Positions 40,840-52,573 of a stretch of DNA of 64,000 nucleotides are shown piece after piece. The DNA comes from an uncultured Chlamydiae bacterium (lineage in GTDB: Bacteria; Chlamydiota; Chlamydiia; Chlamydiales; JAJFMB01). Position numbers and translations under genes: made by a program. The notes beneath the pieces are model-generated. The model worked only from the letters and a program-made list of their open reading frames with translations. It was not told where the DNA came from and did not search any database. The stretch is taken from NCBI GenBank assembly GCA_963696295.1, contig CAVOJR010000001.1, forward strand, positions 960,001 to 1,024,000, in the 5' to 3' direction. Numbering within the stretch: position 1 is the stretch's first letter; every line of letters starts with the position of its first letter.

Positions 40840-41979
40840 TTATGAATTATAAAGCGACTGAAAGCGGGAGTCCTGACGGATGTTGTTGAATTCGGGACGG
40901 TGGAGCACGACGTGGATGTTCGGCAGGCCGTCGCGGATGGAGCATTTCAGCCATTCGATGGCCGGATCAGCCTCCCCTAACATCGAGTAGCTGTAGGCAT
41001 TCAGCAGGGCGGTGTCGTAGCCTGGCGAAGAGCGGTAGATGCGGTTGCCAAGAGCAATGGCGTTTTTCCAGTCGTTGTTGCGGTAGGCCAGCTGATGCAG
41101 GAGATGCAGGTGCTCGGGGTCGAGCTGCTTTTGCAGTGGGGACAGAAGCTCGTAGGCCTCGGCAAAGCGCTGCTCGGCGGCCATGAGGATGGCCATGTAT
41201 TGCGTCGCCTTGATATGAATCATCCCTTCTTTGGTCAGGCGGCGGATTTCGGTCAATCTATTCCAGGCCTCCTCATGGTGCCCTTGCCGCAAATCCTCCT
41301 CGGCATCCTTCAGGAGCTGCTGGAGTGATTCGTCCCGGTCGGAAGGCATGAGAGGCAAGGTGCTGTGCCAGGTCTGAAAGCTCTCATAAGTGAAGAGCAG
41401 GAACAGAGAGCCCATCAAGAGATTGCCGTTGATAAAGAACCAGATGCTGATGAGAATCGACAGGAGCACACTTAAGAAAAGGGCGATTTTCAGGCCGGTC
41501 AAGCCAAACATTCCCTCTAAGATGATGCTGAGCAGGCGGCCGCCGTCAAGCGGCTGGATCGGAAGAAGGTTTATGATCGTCCAGTAAAAATTCACATAGA
41601 GCGAGCAGGTCAAAATATAGCGCCAAATCACCGAAGTTTCCTGACTCGCCATTCTTAAAAAGAGAAAGGTGAGCCCAAAAAGGATAAATCCGGCTAAGGG
41701 TCCGTTGAAAACGACAAAAAACTCCTGCCAGAATTTCAGCTGCGGGCCTCTTCTCTGGGTCTCGCCCCCTAGCGCGACGAGGTTAATCTCGGCTTTCTGC
41801 CCGAAAAGAGTGGCGGTCAGCGCGTGGCCAAACTCATGCACAAGGACGGAAAAAAAGATCACTATACCCCACAAAAACGTGCCGAGCGCACTCTGGGAAG
41901 CGAGCCATCCGATCAGCCCTGCGATCACCCAAAAAAGAGGGTGGATCCGAATCAATATCTTTCCGGGGATGGTCAGCAT
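40840..41979 (-). CDS. M50 site-2 protease with TPR-like C-terminus
   Basis: HEFGH and [11 protein letters not shown]; start taken at MLTIPG. Confidence 0.88.
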   Translation of the reverse strand: MLTIPGKILIRIHPLFWVIAGLIGWLASQSALGTFLWGIVIFFSVLVHEFGHALTATLFGQKAEINLVALGGETQRRGPQLKFWQEFFVVFNGPLAGFILFGLTFLFLRMASQETSVIWRYILTCSLYVNFYWTIINLLPIQPLDGGRLLSIILEGMFGLTGLKIALFLSVLLSILISIWFFINGNLLMGSLFLLFTYESFQTWHSTLPLMPSDRDESLQQLLKDAEEDLRQGHHEEAWNRLTEIRRLTKEGMIHIKATQYMAILMAAEQRFAEAYELLSPLQKQLDPEHLHLLHQLAYRNNDWKNAIALGNRIYRSSPGYDTALLNAYSYSMLGEADPAIEWLKCSIRDGLPNIHVVLHRPEFNNIRQDSRFQSLYNS

Positions 41980-42845
41980 AAAGCCTCTTTGATTGAGCGT
42001 CCCATGTCGGCCGGCGTTTCCGCTACCCGAACTCCTGCCTTCTTCAAGGCCAATATCTTGCTTTGAGCCGTTCCGCTGCCCCCGGAGACAATAGCGCCTG
42101 CGTGCCCCATTCTCCTTCCGGGAGGGGCTGTCAGGCCGGCGACGAAGGCGGCTACCGGCTTGGAGCAATTGTTCTGAATCCACTCCGCAGCCATCTCTTC
42201 CGCATCCCCTCCGATCTCCCCGATCATCAATATTCCTTTGGTCTCGGGATCTTTTTCAAAGAGTTGCAAAACATCGATAAAGTTGGTGCCGTTCAAGGGG
42301 TCCCCTCCGATACCGACGCAAGTGGATTGCCCGAGGCCCATCTGAGTAGTCTGCCAGACAGCTTCATACGTGAGCGTGCCGGAGCGGGAGACGATGCCAA
42401 TGCTGCCGCGGCGATGGATGTAGCCGGGCATAATGCCGATTTTACAGGCGTCAGGTGTTATCACTCCGGGGCAGTTCGGTCCGATCAGGCGGCTGGTTTT
42501 GCTGTGGCGCATCACTTGGCTCACCTCAAGCATGTCGCGCACGGGTATCCCTTCGGTAATGCAGATAATCAGCGGGACACCCGCCTCTTCCGCCTCCAAA
42601 ATCGCCTCAGCTGCGTAAGGAGCGGGTACAAAAATCATGGTTGCGTCGCAGGCTGTCGCCTCTTTGGCTTCTTTGACGGTGTCGAAAACGGGCAAATCAA
42701 GCAGAGTCTGTCCTCCTTTGCCGGGCGTCACGCCTCCCACAAAGCGGCTGCCATAGGCCAGGCACTGTTCAGTGTGAAAGCGGCCCGCTTTACCAGTAAT
42801 ACCCTGGGTGATGACCTTGGTCTGTTTATTCACTAAAATTGCCAT
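41973..42845 (-). CDS. sucD: Succinyl-CoA ligase alpha subunit
   Basis: [21 protein letters not shown] and RMGHAGA motifs. Confidence 0.97.
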   Translation of the reverse strand: MAILVNKQTKVITQGITGKAGRFHTEQCLAYGSRFVGGVTPGKGGQTLLDLPVFDTVKEAKEATACDATMIFVPAPYAAEAILEAEEAGVPLIICITEGIPVRDMLEVSQVMRHSKTSRLIGPNCPGVITPDACKIGIMPGYIHRRGSIGIVSRSGTLTYEAVWQTTQMGLGQSTCVGIGGDPLNGTNFIDVLQLFEKDPETKGILMIGEIGGDAEEMAAEWIQNNCSKPVAAFVAGLTAPPGRRMGHAGAIVSGGSGTAQSKILALKKAGVRVAETPADMGRSIKEALC

Positions 42846-42846
42846 G

Positions 42847-44013
42847 CTACTTCCCGCCTTGTTTGGCTAATTTCACAACTGTTTCGGCCGCTTCTGACAA
42901 ATCCTCTACGTTGACGATATTCAAGCCGGAGTCCACCAATATCTTCCTCCCCTTTTCCACATTCGTCCCTTCCATGCGGACGACCAGAGGCACTGAGACT
43001 TCCAACTCACTCGCCGCTGAAACAATACCCGCGGCCAGGGTAACGCAGTTCATAATGCCGCCAAAGATATTGACCAGAATGGCTTTAACTTTCGTGTCGG
43101 AGAGCAAAATCTTAAATCCTTCAGCGACTTTGTCTTGTGAAGCCCCGCCGCCGACATCCAAAAAGTTGGCCGGCGATCCCCCATGATGGTAAATCAAATC
43201 CATGGTGGCCATCGCAAGACCGGCGCCATTGACCATGCAGCCGATTTCCCCATCCAGGGCAACGTAGGCCAGGTCATACTTTTTGGCCTCCGATTCAAAG
43301 TGAGGGATTTGCGTCAGATCGTAAAACTCCGCAATTCTAGGCTGACGGAACAGGGCGTTTTCATCAACGCTTAATTTCGCATCCAAAGCGACGAGATCCC
43401 CTTCCGCAGTCTCCACTAAAGGATTGATCTCCAAAAGAGAAGCATCGTTATCGATGAACGCCTGGGCCAGGGCTTTGGCAATATTCATCCCCTGCTCCCG
43501 ATTTTTCCATCCCATAAAATTGGCGATCTGCCAGAGATGATAGCCTCGCAACACGCCATTCAACGGAATCGGCACTTTAAGGATTTTTTCGGGCGTTTTG
43601 GCGGCGACCTCTTCAATTTCCACGCCGCCTTCAGGCGAGGCGATCAGTATGGCTTTCCCAATGTGCCGGTCGATTATGGCGCCAAGATAGAACTCTTTGA
43701 CAAAATTTGTGATCGGGGTAATCAGCAATTGATGAGCGACAACACCTTCCGGCCCGGTCTGCTGGTTAACCATCCGCATGTGCATCATCTGCTTGGCCAA
43801 TGAAAGAATTTCTTCACGCGTCCTGGCTAACTTTACCCCCCCGGCTTTGCCCCGTCCGCCGGCGTGCACCTGGATTTTTACAACGGCGCTGTCCAGGGCC
43901 ATCTCCTCTATTGCCTGCCGCACTTCCTCTAAATCAGAGACTACGGCAAAGTCCGGAATAGGAATATTGTATTTCCTCAAAATAATTTTCGCTTGATATT
44001 CGTGTGTGTTCAT
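42847..44013 (-). CDS. sucC: Succinyl-CoA ligase beta subunit
   Basis: [24 protein letters not shown] and NIFGGI motifs. Confidence 0.97.
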   Translation of the reverse strand: MNTHEYQAKIILRKYNIPIPDFAVVSDLEEVRQAIEEMALDSAVVKIQVHAGGRGKAGGVKLARTREEILSLAKQMMHMRMVNQQTGPEGVVAHQLLITPITNFVKEFYLGAIIDRHIGKAILIASPEGGVEIEEVAAKTPEKILKVPIPLNGVLRGYHLWQIANFMGWKNREQGMNIAKALAQAFIDNDASLLEINPLVETAEGDLVALDAKLSVDENALFRQPRIAEFYDLTQIPHFESEAKKYDLAYVALDGEIGCMVNGAGLAMATMDLIYHHGGSPANFLDVGGGASQDKVAEGFKILLSDTKVKAILVNIFGGIMNCVTLAAGIVSAASELEVSVPLVVRMEGTNVEKGRKILVDSGLNIVNVEDLSEAAETVVKLAKQGGK

Positions 44014-44092
44014 GGCACCTGCTGGATTACCTCTACCCTACAAAACACCTTATGTGCTAGATTGTTTATTCAAATCAACCAAAATTAGATCT

Positions 44093-45022
44093 ATGATACT
44101 GAAATTTCTTAAAACCGGTTATCAAAAAATAAAAAACGCTTTTGCCAAAACGGGAGCCATGCTCGGCAAAAAAATGCGTTCCCTTTTTGCCGAAGAGATT
44201 GATGAAGCGACGCTTGAAAAGCTGGAACAGCTTTTTTACGAATCGGATCTCGGCGTGCAAACCTCGATGGAACTCACCGAATTGGTTAGAGATATTCATT
44301 ATAAAAATCCAAAAATCGACGCGGAAGGAATTATCGGCGAGTTGCGCAAGGAGATTGTCAGCCGGCTGGCAAAATTGCCTTCTACATTAGTTCAAATACC
44401 TGACAGTCAATTACCTATGGTAATTTTAATCGTTGGCGTCAATGGAAATGGGAAAACGACCTCGGTTGCCAAACTTGCGAAATGCTTTAAAGATCAGGGC
44501 AAAAAAGTGCTGATCGCCGCCGCCGACACCTTCAGAGCCGCTGCAACAGAACAGCTTGAGACTTGGGCCAAACGCCTGGAAATAGATTTAGTCAAAGGGG
44601 TGCATGGCAGCGATCCGGCAGCCGTTACTTTCGACGCCATCACGGCGGCGAAGGCGAGGGGAGCCGATGTGCTGATCATCGACACGGCGGGGCGCCTGCA
44701 CACAAAAACGCATCTGATGCAGGAATTGGAAAAAATTAAGCGCTCCTGCCAAAAAGTGCATCCATCCAGCCCTCATGAAACCCTGCTCGTTTTGGATGCC
44801 ACGACCGGCCAGAATGCCGTAGACCAGGCGAAGATCTTCCATGAATTCACCCCTGTCAGCGGCTTGATCCTGACCAAACTGGATGGAACGGCCAAAGGGG
44901 GCATTGTGGTCAGCATTCAGCAGCAGCTCAAAATCCCGGTTAAATTCATAGGCCTCGGGGAAAAAGTAGAAGACTTTGAACCCTTTGATTCTGAAAGTTT
45001 TGTAGAAGCCCTCTTCGAATAA
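44093..45022 (+). CDS. ftsY: SRP receptor
   Basis: [21 protein letters not shown] and [10 protein letters not shown] motifs. Confidence 0.95.
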   Translation: MILKFLKTGYQKIKNAFAKTGAMLGKKMRSLFAEEIDEATLEKLEQLFYESDLGVQTSMELTELVRDIHYKNPKIDAEGIIGELRKEIVSRLAKLPSTLVQIPDSQLPMVILIVGVNGNGKTTSVAKLAKCFKDQGKKVLIAAADTFRAAATEQLETWAKRLEIDLVKGVHGSDPAAVTFDAITAAKARGADVLIIDTAGRLHTKTHLMQELEKIKRSCQKVHPSSPHETLLVLDATTGQNAVDQAKIFHEFTPVSGLILTKLDGTAKGGIVVSIQQQLKIPVKFIGLGEKVEDFEPFDSESFVEALFE

Positions 45023-45155
45023 TAACGTCTGATAATTTATACATAAATTATTTTATTGCTCTATTTAATTATTTAACCTTATAATTAGTTTTGAGTGAGA
45101 TAGAAGAGAGTTGATTTCCCACTAATCACTAAGAAAATAATAAAAGGGGGTTATT

Positions 45156-45500
45156 ATGAATAAGATCCTAACAGCCGGATTATTAGCATTAGCTTTTACG
45201 ATGAGCCCGATTTCGGCTCAAATGTGGGGTAGTTCTGCAGCTGACACATCAGCTGAAAAACCACCCGTAGATACTTCAAAAGTTGAGAATAAACCAGCTC
45301 CTGCTGTAGTTCCAGCGACAGTTAAAGATGAGACACCACCTGTGGTCACACCAAAAGCCGATGAGACAGCGCCTGTGGTCACAACACCAAAATCTGATGA
45401 AGCCAAAGATGATACTGGAGCTGTAAAAGCAACTACCGAAAAGAAAGATGACAGTGGCTGCCCAGCTGCTGCAGCTGCAGGGGTAGATCAAGCAAAATAA
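45156..45500 (+). CDS. Small secreted low-complexity protein (P/T/A/K/D-rich)
   Basis: GGGG RBS, signal peptide and repeated DETxPVVTP(K). Confidence 0.75.
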   Translation: MNKILTAGLLALAFTMSPISAQMWGSSAADTSAEKPPVDTSKVENKPAPAVVPATVKDETPPVVTPKADETAPVVTTPKSDEAKDDTGAVKATTEKKDDSGCPAAAAAGVDQAK

Positions 45501-45513
45501 CTTTTGAGGAATT

Positions 45514-45903
45514 ATGCGTTATCTTATTGCAGGCATTGCCTTATCGCTAATGATGCTGTCTACTTCGGTAGGCAGCATCGCGGCGGCTCAATCCAGCGAA
45601 ACCCGGATATCTGAAAATCAACAAATTGCGCAAAATTACGGATATGGATATGGATACGGCAGGTATGGATATAACAGAGGTTATGGCAGGGGGTATGGCT
45701 ATTATGGTAATGGGGGATATTACGGCGGTTATTATAATAGTCCTAGCTATTATAATTACACATACCCTTACAAGCCCTATTACCGCGGCTATTATAACAC
45801 TCCATACTATGCACCCTACTACAACTATGGAACTCCTTACGTCAACCCTTATTACAACGGCTATTACACAAATCCTTACAACAACTACTACTACTATCAA
45901 TAG
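45514..45903 (+). CDS. Small secreted Tyr/Gly/Asn-rich protein
   Basis: GAGG RBS and signal peptide; about 38 Tyr in the last 89 or so residues. Confidence 0.75.
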   Translation: MRYLIAGIALSLMMLSTSVGSIAAAQSSETRISENQQIAQNYGYGYGYGRYGYNRGYGRGYGYYGNGGYYGGYYNSPSYYNYTYPYKPYYRGYYNTPYYAPYYNYGTPYVNPYYNGYYTNPYNNYYYYQ

Positions 45904-45938
45904 AGCGGCTATAACACCACAAGTGGTGAAGCAATTCG

Positions 45939-45972
45939 GGCTTTAGATTTTATAATCTAAAGCCTTTTTTTT
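45939..45972 (+). terminator. Rho-independent terminator
   Basis: GGCTTTAGATT-TTAT-AATCTAAAGCC followed by a T8 run. Confidence 0.8.
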
Positions 45973-47167
45973 ATGCAAATTTGCCGAAAATAATGCTCAG
46001 CTCGCAAAATAACTCAAACAAGACAAAAAGGGCGAGAATGATGAGGAGGATTTTGCCTCCCGGCAGCATGATGGGATGTTTTTGCTGCATGATATAGCGC
46101 CCCGACCAAACCATCAAAATAGGCAAGAGCCCCAAAAGCAGCGATGAACCAAATCCCCCGGCATAATCGAGGGCAGTTAAAAATACATGGGGATTGGCGA
46201 TGCCGAAAATGAGCGGGGGCAAATAAACCAGGGCACATAAAAATAAGCGTCCCTGCGTGCTCTTTTTGACTCCCAGGCCGTCCGCTAAAAAATCGAGCAT
46301 ACCGAGCGTCACCCCGAAAAAGGAGGTGGCGAGGGCAAAGAAGGCAAAAAACTGGCCGATGATATAAACCCTTTGATCCTGAAGAAAGTTCTTCAGCGGA
46401 TAAACGGCGTCGCTGCCGTTTTTAAGCGCTTCCGCTAATCCGCCTGCTCCATAGGTCGGAACGATCCCCAAGATCAGCCACTGCCAGATCACGTAAGTTA
46501 TAAAGGGTATGGCGCTGCCGATCAGAATGGCTTTCCGGAGCTTCTTCACATCGTAATTCATATAATGGACCAGCGTCGGGATAATCCCCTGATAGCCAAA
46601 AGCGGCAAAGGCCACCGGCAAAGCGAGTATGGAAAGGGACCAGTTCATCGGGATGAAATGATCGTAATTGACATGGCTATATCCCATAAAAACAAACAGG
46701 GCGAATGAAAGGACGAGTCCGAACATCAGAAAGAGATTCACTTTTTCCACAAGCCAGGCTCCTGCAAAGACAAAAGGAGCAAACAGGGCGCCGAAAAGGA
46801 TCATCCCCGACCAATTTTGGATGACGCCCGGGAAAAGCTCGGCGAACAAGTTGCCTCCTCCGACAAAATAGGCTAACGTCACGCAATAGAAGAAGAAAAG
46901 ATAGAGAAGCCAGGCAAAGCTCTTGCCGTAAAATCCCAAAGAGTGATTGGCCATCGAGATGATATTGGTTTCCTCTTTCATCCACATGCAGGCTTCTAAA
47001 AAGAGCAGGCCTGTGCAAGCCATAAAAACCCAAGTCGCGAGATAAAGAACCATTGAGGGGACAAATCCTCCCAGGCTGGTCAATACGGGCAAAGCGAGCA
47101 TCCCTCCGCCGATCGAAGTTCCGGCAATGAGCATCGCTCCGCCGAACACGCCTCCATGTTTATTCAT
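45971..47167 (-). CDS. tyrP: Aromatic amino acid permease (TyrP/Mtr family)
   Basis: LIAGTSIGGGMLALP, FGYQGIIP and TSFFGVTLG; chlamydial synteny with glmS. Confidence 0.85.
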   Translation of the reverse strand: MNKHGGVFGGAMLIAGTSIGGGMLALPVLTSLGGFVPSMVLYLATWVFMACTGLLFLEACMWMKEETNIISMANHSLGFYGKSFAWLLYLFFFYCVTLAYFVGGGNLFAELFPGVIQNWSGMILFGALFAPFVFAGAWLVEKVNLFLMFGLVLSFALFVFMGYSHVNYDHFIPMNWSLSILALPVAFAAFGYQGIIPTLVHYMNYDVKKLRKAILIGSAIPFITYVIWQWLILGIVPTYGAGGLAEALKNGSDAVYPLKNFLQDQRVYIIGQFFAFFALATSFFGVTLGMLDFLADGLGVKKSTQGRLFLCALVYLPPLIFGIANPHVFLTALDYAGGFGSSLLLGLLPILMVWSGRYIMQQKHPIMLPGGKILLIILALFVLFELFCELSIIFGKFA

Positions 47168-47170
47168 AAG

Positions 47171-49000
47171 TTATTCCACAGTTACAGATTTAGCCAGGTT
47201 GCGGGGTTTGTCAATATCGGTTCCTCTCTCCAAAGCCACGTAATAGGCAAATAATTGCGCCGCTATGGAAGTGGGGATGCAGGCCAGCTCGTCGGAAGTC
47301 TCGGGCACCCAAATAATGGCATCCGCGATTTCCGCCAATTCTCCGTCGGTGCCCTCTTCCGCAATGGCGATGATGGGGCCGCCCCGCGCTTTGATTTCCC
47401 TCAAATTACTCAGCATCTTGCCATACGTCTGCTTGTTGGCGCACATGGCCACTGAGGGGCATTGTTCGGTAATGAGCGCTATGGGGCCGTGCTTTAATTC
47501 TCCCGCGGGATAGCCGTTGGCATTGATATAAGAGATCTCTTTCAGTTTTAAAGCGCCTTCCAAAGAGGTGGGATACATATATCTTCGCCCTACGTAGAAA
47601 AAATTATTATAGTGAGCGAAGCGCTTGGCGATTTCATGAATTTGATCCGCACGGTCCAGCACTTCCTGAATCTGCAGGGAGAGCTGTTTCACGGGATATA
47701 AGTATTCCTGTCCTTCATTGCGGTTGAGATGCCTCATCCTGGCCAGCATGACGGTCAAGAGATAAAGCACGACCACCTGGTTCGTGAAAGCTTTGGTCGA
47801 ACAGACGCCTATTTCTGTTCCGGCCCTCAAATAGATGCAGGAATCGGCCTCCCGGTCAAGCGTGGAGCCATGGACATTGCAGAGGGCGAGCACCTTGGCT
47901 CCCTTGGCCTGCAGTTCTCTGGTGGCCGCCAGCGTATCCGCGGTCTCTCCCGACTGACTGATAGCTATCACGAAAGTGCCGTGCGGGACAATGGGGTTTT
48001 TATACCGGTATTCCGATGAGATCTCCACTTGAACAGGTATGCGGGCGATATCTTCCAGCATATATTCACCGAGATAACCGGCATGCCATGAGGTTCCGCA
48101 GCCGAGAATTAAGATCCGCTCAATCGAGGAAAAATCGTTGATGTCCATACTTAATTCATCGAATTTTACGGTTCCGAACTCTTCGTTGATGCGCCCGGCG
48201 AGCGCGTTATCCAATACAGCCGGCTGGTCAAAAATCTCTTTTAAAGTGAAGTGCTCAAAAGTCCCCTTAACGCTATCATCAGCTCTGATTTCAATCCGGT
48301 GCAGCCCTTTCTTTATCTGCGACTGATTTTGGTCATACACTTCGTATGATCCGGCCCGTACCACGGCGATTTCAGCGGCGGAGAGGAAGAGGACATCGCG
48401 CGTGTAGGCGGCAAAGGCATGGGAATCGGAGGAGATAAAGCTTTCATTAGATCCGACGCCGATGGCTAAGGGTGATTCTTTGGCCACAGCTATGAGGCAA
48501 TCGGGAAAATCGCGGTGGATAATGGCCAGCGCAAAAGCGCCTTTAAGCATGGAAACCACGGTTCTTACCGCTTCTAATAAATTTCCCTTGTAATAGTGCG
48601 CAATGAGATGGGGTATCACCTCGGTATCCGTTTCCGATTTAAAGGTAACGCCGTGCTGCTTCAACATCCGGCGGAGCTCCTGGTCGTTCTCAATGATTCC
48701 GTTATGCACAACCGCCACGCTCAAAGCTTCATCAAAATGAGGATGGGCATTTACAGAGCTCGGCCTGCCATGCGTCGCCCACCTTGTGTGTCCGATGGCC
48801 AAATCGAGCTCTAAATGGGCGGCTTTGATCTCTTCTTCCAGCTTTTCGATTTTCCCCACTTCTTTTCTGTAAAAAATTTCCCCGCCCCGGATACCGGCTA
48901 TCCCGGAGGAATCATAGCCGCGGTACTCCAATTTTTTCAGCCCGGATAAAACGACCTGGACAGCGTTTTGCGGCCCGATATAACCAAAAATCCCACACAT
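47171..49000 (-). CDS. glmS: Glucosamine-6-phosphate synthase
   Basis: MCGIFG, GHTRWATHG, SQSGETADT and PRNLAKSVTVE motifs. Confidence 0.98.
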   Translation of the reverse strand: MCGIFGYIGPQNAVQVVLSGLKKLEYRGYDSSGIAGIRGGEIFYRKEVGKIEKLEEEIKAAHLELDLAIGHTRWATHGRPSSVNAHPHFDEALSVAVVHNGIIENDQELRRMLKQHGVTFKSETDTEVIPHLIAHYYKGNLLEAVRTVVSMLKGAFALAIIHRDFPDCLIAVAKESPLAIGVGSNESFISSDSHAFAAYTRDVLFLSAAEIAVVRAGSYEVYDQNQSQIKKGLHRIEIRADDSVKGTFEHFTLKEIFDQPAVLDNALAGRINEEFGTVKFDELSMDINDFSSIERILILGCGTSWHAGYLGEYMLEDIARIPVQVEISSEYRYKNPIVPHGTFVIAISQSGETADTLAATRELQAKGAKVLALCNVHGSTLDREADSCIYLRAGTEIGVCSTKAFTNQVVVLYLLTVMLARMRHLNRNEGQEYLYPVKQLSLQIQEVLDRADQIHEIAKRFAHYNNFFYVGRRYMYPTSLEGALKLKEISYINANGYPAGELKHGPIALITEQCPSVAMCANKQTYGKMLSNLREIKARGGPIIAIAEEGTDGELAEIADAIIWVPETSDELACIPTSIAAQLFAYYVALERGTDIDKPRNLAKSVTVE

Positions 49001-49003
49001 AAA

Positions 49004-50392
49004 TCACTGTTCTCCTATATTGCCCTGTATCGCTTTTGCAATTTTATTCGCCAAATCCTGAATGTGTTTTAGAACAGGACCCTCTACCATGACCCGGCAA
49101 ATCATCTCTGTGCCGGAATAGCGCACCAACACTCTGCCCGAAGATCCCAGTTCCTGTTCCACTTCGCGGATCTCTTTTTGAACGAAACTCATCGTATGCA
49201 GAGGGGGTTTTTCGCTCACTTTGACGTTGACTAACACTTGAGGAAAGCGCTCTACCAATTTGGTGAGGTCGGAAAGTTTGCTGTCGGTCTCGATCATGAT
49301 GCGCAGCACCTGCAAAGCGGAGACGAGGCCGTCGCCGGTGGTGTTCTTATCCAGAAAAATCAGATGACCGCTCTGTTCACCGCCCAAATTAGCTTCATTA
49401 TTAATCATTTCCTGAATGACATAGCGGTCGCCCACTTGCGAGCTGATCACCTGTATGCCCAGTTTTTCCATGGCCTTGAGGAAGCCGAAATTGCTCATTA
49501 CCGTGCCGACGACGATGTTGTTGCGCAGCATCCCCCGCTCTTTCATATCTTTGGCGCAAATCGCAAGAAGGGTATCCCCGTCGACGATCTGGGCATTTTC
49601 ATCGATCATGATCACTCTGTCGGCATCCCCGTCGAGGGCAATCCCGACATCGGCGTGGTGGTCGATCACCCCTTTTTGCACCGTCTCCAGATGCAGCGCG
49701 CCGCAATCGTCATTGATATTCCATCCATTCGGCGCATTGCCGAAAACGACCACCTCGGCGTCCAACTCGTTAAAGACTAAAGGAGCCACTTTATAGCCGG
49801 CGCCGTTTGCGCAATCTAAAACAATTTTTAAGTTTTTCAAAGAGAGCTGCCGGGGAAAAGTCGCCTTGACAAACTCGATATACCTGCCGTCTGCGTCGTG
49901 AACCCGGGCATTTCTGCCGATCTCTCTGTAGGAGGGCAAACTATCCTGGAAATCGCGATGGGCGACGAGCTCCTCCATCTTCCTTTCCCAGCTGTCGGGA
50001 AATTTAAAGCCGTTATAATCAAAAAATTTGATGCCATTGTCATAAAAAGGATTATGAGAGGCGGAAATGACGATGCCGGCATCGGCCCTGTAAGCTCTGG
50101 TGATAAAGGCTACACCGGGAGTCGGCAAGGGCCCCACCATCAAGGTGTCCACCCCCATCGAGCAGAGACCGGCGATCAGGGCGTTTTCAAACATGTAGCA
50201 GGAAAGGCGCGTGTCCTTTCCGATCACCACACGGTGTTTGCCGTCGTGCAGACGCAGCATTTTCCCGGCTGCGCGCCCGAGAGCGAGAGCGGTTTCCACT
50301 TCCATTGGCGGGATGTTGGCAAGCCCGCGCACTCCATCTGTTCCAAAAAGTCTTGGTATTTCTTCCGTTTCAATTGTCATTTTTTTTTTCAT
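49004..50392 (-). CDS. glmM: Phosphoglucosamine mutase
   Basis: FGTDGVRG, SASHNP, DGDADR, GGEQSGH and RYSGTE motifs. Confidence 0.97.
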   Translation of the reverse strand: MKKKMTIETEEIPRLFGTDGVRGLANIPPMEVETALALGRAAGKMLRLHDGKHRVVIGKDTRLSCYMFENALIAGLCSMGVDTLMVGPLPTPGVAFITRAYRADAGIVISASHNPFYDNGIKFFDYNGFKFPDSWERKMEELVAHRDFQDSLPSYREIGRNARVHDADGRYIEFVKATFPRQLSLKNLKIVLDCANGAGYKVAPLVFNELDAEVVVFGNAPNGWNINDDCGALHLETVQKGVIDHHADVGIALDGDADRVIMIDENAQIVDGDTLLAICAKDMKERGMLRNNIVVGTVMSNFGFLKAMEKLGIQVISSQVGDRYVIQEMINNEANLGGEQSGHLIFLDKNTTGDGLVSALQVLRIMIETDSKLSDLTKLVERFPQVLVNVKVSEKPPLHTMSFVQKEIREVEQELGSSGRVLVRYSGTEMICRVMVEGPVLKHIQDLANKIAKAIQGNIGEQ

Positions 50393-50527
50393 TATGCGTG
50401 CTCAAGCTAATATCGAAGTCGAGGTTACCTCAATCAAATCGTGCTTTTCAAGCAAAATTCACGAGACTCTTGTTTTTTTCGAGATAATCCGCTATCATGT
50501 GCATGACTTCTTTCCAGTATTTAACGA

Positions 50528-51778
50528 TTGAGATTTGTGCAGCCAAAAATTTACACATCCGACAAACATGAAATTGACATTGGACAAGTCGATCCAAATG
50601 CTCTCTATGTGATCGAAAAGCTTCAAGCGGCAGGCTTTATCGCTTATCTGGTAGGCGGCAGCGTCCGCGACCTGCTCTGCAATAAAACCCCCAAGGACTT
50701 CGACATCTCCACCTCGGCTAAACCTGAGGAAATCAAACATATTTTTAAAAGGAAGTGCCTCCTCATCGGGCGCCGCTTCCGGCTCGCGCACATACGCTTC
50801 GGCAAAAAGGTGATCGAGGTCTCCACTTTCCGCTCCGGCTTCAATGAAGGGGAGCTGATCCTGCACGATAATATCTGGGGAACCGAAGAGGAAGATGTCC
50901 TGCGAAGAGATTTCACTATCAACGGACTTTTTTACAATCCCACCGATCAGACTGTTATCGATTACATCGGCGGGCTGGAAGATATCCATAAAGGGGTAAT
51001 CACTACCATCGGCGATCCTGCCGTTCGTTTCAAACAAGACCCTGTCCGGATGATCCGCCTGCTCAAATTCCGGGCGCGCTTCGGGTTTAAAATAGATCCG
51101 GCCACCAAAAAAGCGCTCATCCAATGCCGCGAGGAGATCACCAAAAGCTCCCCGGCCCGCATCCTGGAAGAAATTTACCGCATGCTGGAATCGGGCGCAG
51201 CCGCTCCCTTCTTCCAGTTAATGACCGAGTCCTGGATGCTTGAGCTGCTTTTGCCCGAATTGACCCGCTTTATCAAAAGCGAAAAAGGGCCGATCATCTA
51301 CCATTATTTATCTGTCGCCGATCAATTCAATCAAAAGCATCCCGAGCCTTTGCATCGCGCCATTCTGACCGCCTGCCTCCTCTATCCCCTGCTGGACACT
51401 TATATCGCCAAAGATTTTACAGCCAAGGGGCTGACGCCTAACATGGGAGATATTATTTTACACACCAATGATATCATGAGGAGCATCGTCACGACCTCTT
51501 TCTCCCATTTTCCAAGGCGCTTAGTGCTCACCACAAACTTTATTTTGCACACTCAGTTCCGGTTTTCGCCCCTCTCTAAAAAACATTCTTTAAAGCCCAA
51601 CATGTTCCAATACAAGGAATTTCCGCTGGCTATGCAATTTTTTAAAATCCGCGCCGCTGTGGACCCTGCCATGCGGGACACCTACCTGCATTGGAATGAG
51701 CATTACCTGAATCACCGCAAAACCGCGCATCATCAACACCACCATCACCGCAGAAAAAGACAAAACGCCAACGCCTGA
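50528..51778 (+). CDS. pcnB: Poly(A) polymerase (PcnB-type nucleotidyltransferase)
   Basis: VGGSVRD, KDFD, LIGRRFRLAHI (PAP signature) and RRDFTING. Confidence 0.9.
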   Translation: MRFVQPKIYTSDKHEIDIGQVDPNALYVIEKLQAAGFIAYLVGGSVRDLLCNKTPKDFDISTSAKPEEIKHIFKRKCLLIGRRFRLAHIRFGKKVIEVSTFRSGFNEGELILHDNIWGTEEEDVLRRDFTINGLFYNPTDQTVIDYIGGLEDIHKGVITTIGDPAVRFKQDPVRMIRLLKFRARFGFKIDPATKKALIQCREEITKSSPARILEEIYRMLESGAAAPFFQLMTESWMLELLLPELTRFIKSEKGPIIYHYLSVADQFNQKHPEPLHRAILTACLLYPLLDTYIAKDFTAKGLTPNMGDIILHTNDIMRSIVTTSFSHFPRRLVLTTNFILHTQFRFSPLSKKHSLKPNMFQYKEFPLAMQFFKIRAAVDPAMRDTYLHWNEHYLNHRKTAHHQHHHHRRKRQNANA

Positions 51779-52458
51779 TGAATCCACTCATTTTTAAAGG
51801 CCCCCCGTTTTCAGAAGGCATCATGCCGGCCGTCTTTTACTTCGCCCTTTCCGCTGAAGAGAGCCTGTCGCTCGACCCATACAACCAGCCGGTCAAAATG
51901 CTCGAAGAGAAACGGGTCAGAATTTTTTCCGCCACCCTCCCTTTCCACGGCCCCGAATGGGACAATAAAGAGGCGATGAAACATTGGGCAGAGAATCCCA
52001 ATTCTCTTATCCCTTTTATTAATGAAACGCATAAAGAAATCCTGGAACTGATAATAAAGGGCGTTATCGACCCCGGCCGCATGGCCGCTATGGGTCTTTC
52101 GAGAGGCGCTTTTGCCGCCGCCCACCTCGCGGCCAAAGAGCCGCGCATCGATACCCTGCTCGGCTTCGCCCCCTTAATATCTCTTGATAAAGAGCACGCT
52201 CTTTCGCTGGAAAATATCGCCGCAACACTTATTGGAAAAAACGTCCGCTTCTACATCGGTAATCGCGATCAGCGCGTCGGCACCGACCAGTGCTTTTCCT
52301 TCATTCACCACCTCGCCGACCTCTCCTATCACGCCGGCTACCGCTCGCCGCCCGTCGAACTTATCATCTCCCCTTCAATCGGCCACAAAGGGCATGGGAC
52401 GGCGCCGCAAATTTTCCAGGACGGCATAAACTGGTTAACAAATAAATTGAATATTTGA
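51778..52458 (+). CDS. Alpha/beta-hydrolase-fold hypothetical protein
   Basis: GLSRG nucleophile elbow, D and GH motifs. Confidence 0.7.
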   Translation: MNPLIFKGPPFSEGIMPAVFYFALSAEESLSLDPYNQPVKMLEEKRVRIFSATLPFHGPEWDNKEAMKHWAENPNSLIPFINETHKEILELIIKGVIDPGRMAAMGLSRGAFAAAHLAAKEPRIDTLLGFAPLISLDKEHALSLENIAATLIGKNVRFYIGNRDQRVGTDQCFSFIHHLADLSYHAGYRSPPVELIISPSIGHKGHGTAPQIFQDGINWLTNKLNI

Positions 52459-52573
52459 TCTCTCTTTGACTTTCGTCTATAATCTCGACTTTGTGCAATT
52501 TTTGAACAAAGATTTCGAGATGAGTTCAAAACATACAGTCGAGATAATATATTGAAACGAAGGAAAAACCCGC

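Noticed and set aside
42063..42836. Long antisense ORFs over sucD, htrA, argS, glmM and the GMC gene
   Set aside because: Shadows of conserved genes with no independent motifs.
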